Shown here in pieces: positions 1 to 10,800 of a stretch of DNA of 64,000 nt (within the stretch, counting starts at the first letter, position 1; the number at the start of each line of letters is the position of its first letter). The position numbers and the translations under genes were made by a program. The DNA is from Craspedostauros australis (taxonomy: Eukaryota): NCBI GenBank assembly GCA_030167865.1, contig JALAGF010004075.1, forward strand, positions 62,001 through 126,000. Reading direction: 5' to 3'. The notes beneath the pieces are model-generated. The model was not told the DNA's origin. It worked only from the letters and a program-made list of their open reading frames with translations, and ran no database searches.

Positions 1-427
1 CGACCCAAGCAAGAACATGGACGCCGCCAACGTGTACGCAGTCATGAACATCATCTCCTTCTGCTGCTCCGTCCCATTCGTCGTCGTTCAGGAACTCCCA
101 ACCCTCAAGCAGACCTGGGACGAGGCCGCCGCCGAGCACACCGCCAACGCCATAATGATGAACATCCTCCTCTCCGGATTCTTCTTCTACATCTACAACG
201 AGTTCGCCTTTGCCTTCACCGCCAGTGTCGGTGCCGTCACATCCTCCGTGCTCAACACCGCCAAGCGCGTCATCATCATCGTCGTTTCCTCCTTCGTGTT
301 CCAGGAAGCCATGCAGCGCAACACCATCATCGGATCCGCCATCGCCATTTGCGGAACCTTCGCCTACTCGCTCGCCTCGAAAAAGAAGCCAGCACCAAAG
401 AAGGACGAGAAGGCCAAGACATCGTAA
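1..427 (+). CDS. Triose-phosphate/phosphate translocator family protein, 3' end only (gene starts before the window)
   Basis: Open frame from the window edge to TAA at 425-427. C-terminal TPT-family helices 'SGFFFYIYNEFAF...VTSSVLNTAKRVIIIV...IGSAIAICGTFAYS' followed by a Lys-rich tail. Confidence 0.85.
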   Translation, partial: DPSKNMDAANVYAVMNIISFCCSVPFVVVQELPTLKQTWDEAAAEHTANAIMMNILLSGFFFYIYNEFAFAFTASVGAVTSSVLNTAKRVIIIVVSSFVFQEAMQRNTIIGSAIAICGTFAYSLASKKKPAPKKDEKAKTS

Positions 428-1059
428 ACTATTATACCATCGTACTCTTTGGTATGGCATAATACCATCGACAAGGATCGTATCAAGCACACCACACTCG
501 TACTGCTACAAACGTCTCACGCATCAGCCATCTATTATACTATTAGCATAATTCTACACTCTCATAGTACGACAACTCTATCTGTGATGATCTCATTTTG
601 TGGCACTGCATCCAATTGGTGCTCGCTGGGGAGGGGAGGAGCGACGAGAGGATCTGCCTCCAGTATCTTCAACGTAAACGCCTTCTGCTGTCCCACCTCC
701 TGCCTCCAATCAAAATAATAAATTGGCGCCACGATGACTGAAACTGTCACCCTTGGCGCAGTCATGACAATCTGAGAAACATACGACTACTCGCACTTCA
801 TTGTCACTGGTTACATACATCGGTGAAATGACGATTTGCTGCGCGCTCGTACTGGCGTGTACTCAAACGCGGTTATGTTCCACAGCTCCAATCATTCGTT
901 CGTTGGGTTCGTTGGCGCATCCGTTGATCAATTCAGTTGTTCGATTTTCTATTTTATCGCGCCACGACACGACCGGTTGCGGCGGTTGCAAAAGCAATAA
1001 GTGCCAACGAGGAAAGGGGAACCTCCCTTACTCTATGCAGTAAAACGTTGTGTCAGTTT

Positions 1060-1977
1060 CTACTGGGAGTTTTGCTTGTCGATGGCCGCCTGGAGATCCT
1101 CAATGGACACTGTCTTGCCAGTGTCAGATGTTGGCAGGCACAGCTGGTTGGTGTTGATGGCAAGGGCGAGCTTCTGCAGCTGCTCCGAAAGAGCATTCTT
1201 GCAGGCCCCGCAACCATCATCACCATTGCACGCCTTCACCGGCAGTGTCGACAGTGGCGTGAGCTTTGGTTGCTTGGCCTCCTCCTTCTCTTGCTCGTCC
1301 AACTTCTTCTCCTCATATGATGGACCGGCTTCGCATGGCTTTGGGATGATCTGCCCATCCTCGATGAAGGCCCGAACATCCAACGTAATGTTTCCCGCAT
1401 CGACGCTCTTGGGCAAGCCCAGACGGAACACGGATTCCTGACCTGGCGCCTCGGCCACCGTCACTTCCATGGTGTGGATTCCTCGCCGCACAAGGTGGCT
1501 TTGATCGATGTCGCCGAGAACCGCGCTCCAAAGGTAGATGGACATTTCCTCCGTGGTGGCGTGGACGATCGGCAGGAAGACGCAATCGGCCTTGGGGAAC
1601 AGGAACTTCGCCCCATCCTCACACACCATGGAAACCGTGTCGTCACCCACCGTGATGTCGATAACGTCGGAATGCATGGGGCAGATGACGCGCTCGTTCA
1701 GCCTCTTGCAAGTGCGGATGACAGCCTTCTTGACATCGCCGAAGTCGATAAGGTACCCGTCCTTGGAGATGGTGCGCGATCCCAGCAATCGCACGGAGAT
1801 GAAGTAATTGTGGCCGTGCAGGGCTTCGCGGAATCCCCTGTAGGCGACGAAGTGAGCGGCGTTGAACTTGAAGGTCTGCTTGCACACGTACACCTCGAAG
1901 TTGGTCTTGACGAACTCTGTTCCCCCAGCTTGGGGGCCATCGCCGAGCCTTGCGGAGCTTGCATCGATCATCGTCAT
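1060..1977 (-). CDS. 6-pyruvoyltetrahydropterin synthase family protein, PTPS-III type (Glu-x-x-HGH), with C-terminal extension
   Basis: Intronless; ATG at 1977 chosen over the upstream low-complexity leader. Motifs 'FKFNAAHFVAYRGFREALHGHNY', 'GYLIDFGDVK', 'LPIVHATTEEMS', 'VTVAEAPGQ'. Confidence 0.9.
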   Translation of the reverse strand: MTMIDASSARLGDGPQAGGTEFVKTNFEVYVCKQTFKFNAAHFVAYRGFREALHGHNYFISVRLLGSRTISKDGYLIDFGDVKKAVIRTCKRLNERVICPMHSDVIDITVGDDTVSMVCEDGAKFLFPKADCVFLPIVHATTEEMSIYLWSAVLGDIDQSHLVRRGIHTMEVTVAEAPGQESVFRLGLPKSVDAGNITLDVRAFIEDGQIIPKPCEAGPSYEEKKLDEQEKEEAKQPKLTPLSTLPVKACNGDDGCGACKNALSEQLQKLALAINTNQLCLPTSDTGKTVSIEDLQAAIDKQNSQ

Positions 1978-2833
1978 GGTGAATGTATTTGTTTCTCTGT
2001 TGCTCTGTTTGTTGTTGTGTCGTGATGGTGCTTTGTGATGTTCCGAGTTTGGGAATGGTGTGGTTGTGTCTTTGTCTGTGTTGATTGAATTCTGAGCAGG
2101 CAAGATGGAGCACCAGGACAACAAATGCTCCACAGTGATCGATACACTTTGGTGTGATGTGAAATGTTTCGTTAGCACACTGTGAGCAGGAATTGTGGAA
2201 CGGGATCACAACTCTTCCACAAGACACATACAACACCAACCTGCATCGGCAGACAAGAGGTCGATTGAGATTCGTGGCCCAAGACCGGTTGTTGGTTCAA
2301 CACCATCGTGTACTTGCACCACAAACATTCCAGCAGTGGGTGGTTCGTCCTCGCTTGTGACGTTGCGACAACGCAGTCTCCGAGTTCTCCCATGAGTCAC
2401 GGGAACGTGACCCAATCTTGTTGGTGCACGGATAGGACGAAGGCCAGACGTGGAGGCAACGCGCGAGTTGGAGTCACAACGTTATTTGACGTTACAGAAA
2501 ACACAATCAGAAACCTTGCACCCTTTTCCGATGGTCTGTGTGGCGTACGGCGGATGTTTCACGAAGACGAGAAGAGGGACACACAGATTGCACAATAAGA
2601 TCGTCACGCGATCCAGATCTCCGCGAGGCACGTGAGAACCCAACCACTTCCATCATGAGATGTTGAAAGACAACAACGATGGGATTGCAATGGAACAAAA
2701 ATTGTGGCGACAGCGACGATCGGAAATGGTACGAATAGAGGAGAGTGCTATATCGCTGACACGTGACAATGAGGAAGGAGGCTGCTTTACTCTTTACAAT
2801 CCAACTTCGCGCAATTTTTTGCTTGAAGCTTCG

Positions 2834-3705
2834 CTATTTGATGGCCGCCCGGAGATCTTCGATGGACACCGCCTCACCACTGTGAGAGGTTGGCAGGTGA
2901 AACTGGTTGGTGTTGATGGCAATGACAAGCTTCTGCAGGTGCTCTGACAGCAAATTCTTGGCAGCCACACGGTCGTCACCACCTTCGCGCGCCTTCAGGG
3001 GTGGCATCAACGATGGCGTGGATTCTGGCTACTTGTGCTCCTCCACTAATGGATTGGCCTCATGTGGCTCTGTGATAACATATCCCTTCTCAATGAACAA
3101 TTGGACATCCAATGTCAAGTTCCCTGCACCCACAGTCTTTGGCACGACCAGGCGGAAGATGGATTCCTGACACAGTGCCTCAGCCACAGCAACTTGGACA
3201 GTGTGAATGCCTTGCTCCACAAGGAAACTCTGATCGATAGCTCTGAGCACCATGCTCCAAAGCTAGATGGACATTTTTTGGTGGTGGTGTGGACAATTGA
3301 CAGGACAACGCAATCAGCCTTGGGCAAGACAAAATTTTGCCCTATCTTCACACTCCAGGGAAACAGTGTTGCCATCCACCTTGACGTCCACAATGTCCAA
3401 ATACATGAGGCAGCGGAAGCTCTTGTTCAGCCTCCTGCAGATGTGGATGACTGCCATCTTGACATCACGAAAACCAATCAACTATCCATCCTCAGACATG
3501 GTACACAATTCCAACAATTGCACCGACATGGACAAAGTGTGACCATGCAGGGCTTCATGGAAGCCTCTGGAGGCAACGAAGTGGCCAGCATGGAACTGGA
3601 AAGTTGGTTTGCGCAGGTGTGCCTCAAAGTTGGTCTTACCAAGTCTGATCTTGGAACCGAAAGTCCATTGCTGAGGGTTGCAGAAGTTGCGTCAATCAGT
3701 GTCAT
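2834..3705 (-). pseudogene. Degenerate tandem duplicate of the PTPS gene
   Basis: Collinear with 1060-1977 (FQFHAGHFVASRGFHEALHGH, PKADCVVLSIVHTT, VAVAEALCQESIFRL, AINTNQ...VSIEDL). In-frame TAG at 3482-3484 and 3029-3031; frameshifts near 3638, 3350 and 3280. Confidence 0.92.
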
Positions 3706-4823
3706 GGTGAGTGAATGTGTCAGTTGCTTTGTTTGTTGCTCTGTTTGTGTAGTATGGCAGTTGTGGTGTTGCAACTATGGGAGGAGTACGAGCTATGATT
3801 GTGTGTGTGTCCGTATCTGTGTCGATTTGATTGTCAGCAGAGCACCACAACTCATACTCGTACATGGTACACGTATTCCATCAAGGCGCTCTCGCTTGGC
3901 ATGGCATGTGTTGCTTGCATGTTGGCAGGCAAGAACAATCCGAGTGCAGCAACATTTCTTTGACAAAACATGTGACACCACTCCTTCGTGCACAGACGGT
4001 CTCTGCCTGAGGTCGGCCACAAGAGAAAAGAAGAAGAAGGTGACGCGCAACGTCACGACAACGGGAGAGCACCAACAGGATCACGTCGCGTGTATTGTTG
4101 TGGCTCTTCGGTGAGAAACCCAAGGACCTGATAGAGGACTATCACATTCAGCTTCATTCCCAGCGCAGCAGTTGCGTTTTCCCATCCGTGCCACGATGAT
4201 GCAAACGATGAAGACATTTGTTCTGTTGGGACGCAAATGAACATCAAGGTCGTGTACGCCGGGACGAAGAACATGATTGAATTTGAGTCGATGTTCGGGC
4301 GTTGGACGGACTAAATATATGAAGATTATTTCTTTGTGATTGCAATTGGAGTGGGTAAATTTTCAACTGTCGAATTAGGTGCCAAATCGAGACAACATTA
4401 ACGGACACTTTCTCCACGTACACGTGTCGTACACTTCGAAAAAACAAAATCCCCCTTTTCAGTCTAGATTTAGATAACGAATTTTTGGCTTACGGGTAGC
4501 TTCAAGCTCACGATTGATAGCGGAACCTGCGGGACATGGCAGAACACAACACAGTTCTGCACAACAACACGGAGAGAATCCGATGATGCAGCCAGAGACG
4601 AGAGCGAGAATTCGCATGTGCTCGTCCTCTCCGTCCTCCTCCTCCTCCTCATCATCGCACAAGAGCCGGTGGCCAAACACATACCACAAGGTCGCGGAAG
4701 AAGCAAAGTCGCGTGGTGGATGGGAAGAAGCGACAGCGCATGCATGGATATTGACAAACAGTACTTGCAGGGGACACAAAAAGCGAAAGAGAATCAAGGT
4801 ATTGCCAAAGGCGCGCCGTCGCA

Positions 4824-7800
4824 ATGGACCCCCGATTCGATGATGCATCTGACGATGACGACGGAGAGGGCCTACTCGCGTTCATGGCCAACCAGATGGG
4901 AAGTGCAGGTGTTGACGGTGGTGCTTTCAATGGTACTGGCAACACAAGGCAAGGAGGAGCCCCAGCGTGCCCGGCGCGTCCAGTGTCAAACATGTTTCGT
5001 GACACTGTGAGAGTGAGCAAGCGAAGCATCTTTTCGCCTGCAACCACCAGCATCATCGCTGGCGCCAGCACCAGCGGAAGCGATGGCTTCGTTTATAGCA
5101 GCCAGCAAATTCGAACCACCACGAGTCCTGACCCGGCTTCTTCGATGCAGTGGGATTCACCATCGAACCCGACCAGCGAGCAAAGACCCACCCGCCCAGG
5201 TGGATCGGTGATGGCCCAACCTGCGATCATGACCCCAAACTCCACTGCGAGCGCAACACAAAAAAGTGGAAGGAAGAAGACATGGAAGGAGCACGATGAT
5301 CGATCCCATCTGCCTCTTCGGAAGAGGATCCGTCCTGACAAAGTGGAGCTTTTCGATGTCGATGCGCATGTCGATGCTAATTTCACCACACCCCAGAGGC
5401 ACGAGGATGCTCACATGATGCCAGCAGGTGGAACTGGACACGTTTCGGTATCGACCTTGAAGCACCCGCATCAACAGCAGCAGCAAGAAGATGATCATCA
5501 TGCCATGATGAAGATTGCTGCTGCTGATGTTACGGATGCTCTGGTTGAAGCGCTGTACGCGTCCGCAGTTCCGAACATATTCCCCACGCACCCAACTGGC
5601 ATAGACGCAGCCAGTTTGCAAACGATGGCTCCAGCGCAAACAACGATGCCAATACCCACGCCGATGCCAACATCCATGCCCGAACACATACCAACATCCG
5701 CGTCGCAACCAAAGCTGTTGCCCAAGATGCCAAGTACGCCGAAGACATCGATCCTGGAGCACGTATCAGCGCCATCGCCGACATTGGAATCCGCAGCTGT
5801 GAGGACGACATCCCAATTCCCCCAACCCCGACCTGATCCAATTGGCACCGACGTGATCATGGCGCCAACCACACGCGGTGATGTTGACCCAGAACCAACT
5901 GAGGACAAACCCAGCAAGCCTTTTCGGAGGAGCACAGCGATGCAACATCAAAAAGCAGGTGAATACAGCAATCGCCGTACATACAACAGACGGGATCGTC
6001 ACAAAAGGAGTGAGTCGTACTTCCACCCTCGTTTGTTCGCCTGTTCGTTTGTTTCGGGTCTTTGATGTTGTGATCACGATCACAGGTACCGCGCAGATCA
6101 CGAACGTCGATTTGCCCATTGCCCGATGCCGTCATCCACAAGATCGAATACTACTCACTTCAGTCTGCTCACTTTTCTTTGCCTGGCTTGACTCATTTCC
6201 ATACCGCTGCGTTCAATGCTATCATACTGTATCGCATTGACGTACGCTACCACACCCACGCCCTCCCCGACGTTCTACAACTGTGGCATCATCAGCATAT
6301 AGCAGACGAGAAAAGCACGCCGAGTCCGTGGTGGATAGCGATGATGAAGACGATGCGCGTTTGAAAGATGTGGAACAGTTCTTTTCAACCCAATCAGCCA
6401 CAGCCGATGAATTCGAAGAAGTTTATCCCATTGTTCAAGACAACTTGCACCAAGTGCTGAAGGAGATATCGGGCTCTGTGACGGCAACGGTGCAGACATT
6501 CATCACCCATGCCAAGCAAGTGAAGGTGGAAGCGAAGAAGACTGAGCGTGAAGTCGTCCAAAAGATCGTAGAGGAGTCAGTCGTCAAAGGAGATCCACGG
6601 GAATACCAACTCAAGCTTTTTGAAATTGCGAAGAAGCACAACACCATCATCCATCTCGGAACAGGGCTGGGAAAGACACTCATCGCTCTGTTGCTCATCA
6701 AGGAATTCTCACACCAGTTAATCAGAAGCGAAGACCCCCTGAACGATCCAAAAGGCAAGCAGACGCTCTTCCTAGTCCCCAGTGTGGCTTTGGCGATGCA
6801 GCAGTCCACCACCATACGCTCCAATTTGCCATCGTTCACCATCAAGGTAGCGTGCTACGACACTGTCCGGAGCGGCATCGCAAGAGCAGCGCTTGCGACT
6901 GCGCAGATCATTGTTGCAACTCATGGAGCGGTAGGTTTTCCCCCCATTGCACCCGCGTTCAGCGCTGGGTCCAATTCCCGCAGTCATATTCGCTCGCTTT
7001 TAATTGCCCTTCACTCTCGCTCACACATGTCGTTTTCTGTCATGCTCCTTGTTTCAATTTCGCAGATATCGGATCTGTTCACACATTACGGTGACATGTT
7101 CCGGATGGATCGGTGCAATCTTATCATCATCGATGAGTGTCACTACGCTGTTGGGAAGCACATGTACGCATCCATCATGAAGAAGTTTTATCATCCGTGC
7201 CCCAAGCACGACAGGCCACATGTCCTTGGACTGACAGCATCGCCGCTCATCAACGTCAAGACGACAGACTCGGACGATCAACTGGAGCAAATGATGTCGA
7301 CACTGGAGCATACCCTCGACTCCAAGCTCGTGTCCGTCAATTCATTGCCCTCTCCTACATCGCAAAGCGTCGGGCAACCCACCATGGAACCTAAATTGGG
7401 CGGGCCAACCAGCCTTCTTCGGAAAAGCGCAGATGAGCGGGTTCTGCCATTCTGCGGTGGAGCCGAGACAGATCTGCCACCGTCTGCGAAGGATCTTCCG
7501 TTGCACCAGTCCCGTTTCAGAGAACTGCAACACCTGACGTCTCTCTACCACGAGCTGGGGGCCTACGCTTGCGGAGAGTATTGCGCGGTGGTGGCATGCG
7601 AATTGTCGCGCAACTCATTCGAGAAGGAGACTCGGGAACAATTTACCAGCGTCCTCCAGTTTCTTCAGGACATGGTGCTCTTTTGCAGGCAGGCATGTAC
7701 CCGTTCCAACACGCAGGTAAGCTCGTCTACTTTGCTCGACGTGGAACAAATTGCAACAGCCGCGTTGTTCGTTTGCATATGAGATGAGATGGTCGGAGGC

Positions 7801-10800
7801 GCACAGTTATTGGCACGATGGAACCTGCGAATTGCTGTGCGATGCTCTGCTCTTCCCGCCACCATTGCTATCACTGCTGCTGCTGCTGCTATGCTCTTTC
7901 GTAGTGGAAGTCTCATTCATCGTGCCATGCTTTCCACTTTTACTCCTGTGTTTGCCGCAACCGACTGGTTGACTGATTGACCGATTGATTGGTCGTGTAG
8001 GGGAGGAGCGACAAGATGCTTGCATTGGAAGAGGTGATAAAGGACGAGATCGAAAACGCAAGGGCTGGCAGCACTGTTGGATTGATATTTGTGGAAAAGC
8101 GAATCACGGCCATGGCGCTGCTTAACTATTTCCATTGTCGAGAGATCGCCATCAAGCGTGGGCAGTGGATGGATCCCAGCAAGGCTCGAGATCAGCGCCC
8201 GAGCAGCCCAGACTGTGATGCTGTTGGAGTTGCTTGCGATGTTCACATGGCCTCTGCCAAAGGCAGCACATCAGACTCAATCAAACCAGAAGCAACGCCT
8301 TCCACGTCACCAAAGCCCGACATGCCCGAGCGGTATCACAGTCAATTTGACGATGCCGACACAGACGTCGACTTGCCATGCGCCATCGCGTCGCTTGCTC
8401 TCGAGCAACCCACCTCGGCCGACATCGAAAAGGACAAAAATAAGCAGGCCAAAGCTGCTGCTGCTGCTGTTGATGTCCACGACCAATTTGGGGATGCCGA
8501 CGAAGACGACGACTTCGATGTCGTGTTGGGTCCCAGCCAAGACGATTCGCAAGACAACAGTCCAACAGAGCCAAAGTCGGTCAACACCAATGATGGGAGA
8601 GACAATCTGAGCAGGAGGAGCCAATTTGTCTTCGATGAAGCACACGGTACGTGCACCTGCGCATTGGTGACGTGATGATGATGCGACGGTGTCTTGTTGT
8701 CACGGTTTTGTCATGTTGAAAGCTGACAGAGGTTTCACAGCCTGCTCTGTTAAAGTGGTGGTATTCCATGAGCCCCCCCCCCATGATGCAATATCTTCGG
8801 TCGCGTACTCACATCATCCCGCACTATTGCATACTCACATCCTTGCTCCACGTACTCGGGTGCCACTACTGTACGGAGCAGGAGCGTACAAAAGACAGAC
8901 TTGTGTTGCCGCGGGTGTCTTGGTGCGCAACACGACGCAAATTTTCCAGTCTCTTTCATCTGCACGGAAGAGCGTGAAGGAACGCGAAGCAATCAACGGA
9001 GGCAGATGGTTGCACCAAGACACGAAAACGAAGCACGTCTTGAACAAGCTGAGGCAAAAGGAAATCAATTTACTGGTAGCAACAGGTACGTACCCAAAGC
9101 AAGAGCAGTGGAAGGGGAATAGACGAGATCAGGCCAAGTTGTTGTCGCTGGGACCAATGCAATGAAATGAAATGCAACGCGAATGTGGATGAATGATATC
9201 TAAGCATATAATGCCTGATGGAGCACGCCAAGTGCACAGAAGGGATGGCGAGCTATGCGTATCGATGGCGTCACTGATGCTTAGACTCACCACACCCAAT
9301 TTGCCCAATTCCGTCATTTCTTCTGCTGTCGCCTTCTTCGTTCGAATGTCGTCCCTACCTTCCATCGGTCATAATTTCTTCACAATTTTGCCTGTCCTTC
9401 CCTGCTCTTCACTCGGGCACGAATTTACACATCATGCTGCGAAATAGCTGTGGTCGAGGAGGGAGTCGACGTCCAAGCGTGTTCATTCGTTGTGGTGTTT
9501 GACTCCATCAAAAACACCAAGGGCTACATCCAGATGAAAGGCCGGGCGAGGCAGAAGGAGGCAAAGTTCTTCGTGCTGCAAGACCTCAATGACAGCACAT
9601 CAAGCAAAGGGCTATCGCTGCAGGCTGCGCAAAAGACAGAGCATCGTGTCCATGAATTTCTGGAGAGTCGACCTTTGGACAGGATCCTCAGCGACAACGT
9701 GATGCACAGACCCGCTAGGCACGCCGGCGACGATCCCGGTTTGCTGACAACCGAGATTGAGTTCCTGGAAACTGGGGTCTATCACGCAGAGCACGGATTC
9801 GTCGATATGCAATCATCGAAGAGCTTGCTGAACAGATACGCCGTGTCAATCCCCATCGATCAGCACGCACGGACATCTCGGGCAGGCATCCTCGCGCACT
9901 TGCCGGTGTACGAACCCTACCGCCTCGTGCTTCCGTCGCACCTGAACGTTTCCATCAGGAACGTCGAACTTCCTGAGCGGTACCACATGCAGCCCATAAG
10001 GACCCGTCACGCTTTACTGGCGATGATGGCGTGCATTCGACTGCACAAGCATGGGGCTTTGAGTGACCGACTGCTACCATTCAGCAAGCTCGACATGAAG
10101 AAGAAGATTGAGCAGCTGACGAATTCGACGCTGCCAACGATGGTGTGGCCAGCGAATCCAGCACCGCCGATGGATGCCACGCAAGATCTCGTTCTGTACA
10201 TTTCCTGCATGGAGCAGCGAGGCGTCACTTTCAACCGCATCGAGACCATGTTGGGCTCCGAGGGGCATCAGCTGGCGTTAATATCTACTGCGCCTATCAT
10301 GGATGCAGCATCTGATGTTCGGTTTGAGCATCGGGAGTTCGGCGACATCACCATGTCGCTTGCACCGACGAAGAGGGTGTCGTGCTCTGCAAAGCAGCAG
10401 CGAGTGCTTCGCGAGTTCTTCTTGCTGCTGATCAATCATCGATGGCAGCGACGAACATTGAATCTCTACTTCAGAGTCCGGAACGAGGCCAGGAAGGATA
10501 ACGTGAAGGATCCCTACCTTGTTGGCATCGTAGGCAAGGACGGCGCGCTGGACTGGTCCTTGATGAGGTTATTGATCAAGGAGGCCCAGAGACCGAAGCA
10601 GGAGCGCACAGAGGCCGTGTCATCTTGCCAGACCATGCCGAAGCCGCGGTTGTGGACGCCACTGTATGACCCCATGGCGGTATACATCGTGTACGGAGAT
10701 TCGAATCTAACATGCGCCGCCGAGTTCCCCGTCACGAAGTCTGGCGTTTCAACGTACCGCGATTACTTTGTGAACAGCCGCAACTTCGAGGTTTCGAAGG

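Noticed and set aside
562-765. 67-aa minus-strand ORF between the translocator and PTPS
   Set aside because: Short, with no recognisable motif or supported splice partner.
3062-4114. 350-aa plus-strand ORF over the PTPS pseudogene
   Set aside because: Mostly in the exact antisense codon register of the PTPS copy (two frameshifts compensate), then runs into low-complexity flank; no protein-like features.
8672-8727. GTGATGA...CTGA in Dicer intron 4 as a possible C/D snoRNA
   Set aside because: Too short, no clear terminal stem or rRNA guide, and the C-box match lies in a (GAT)n run.
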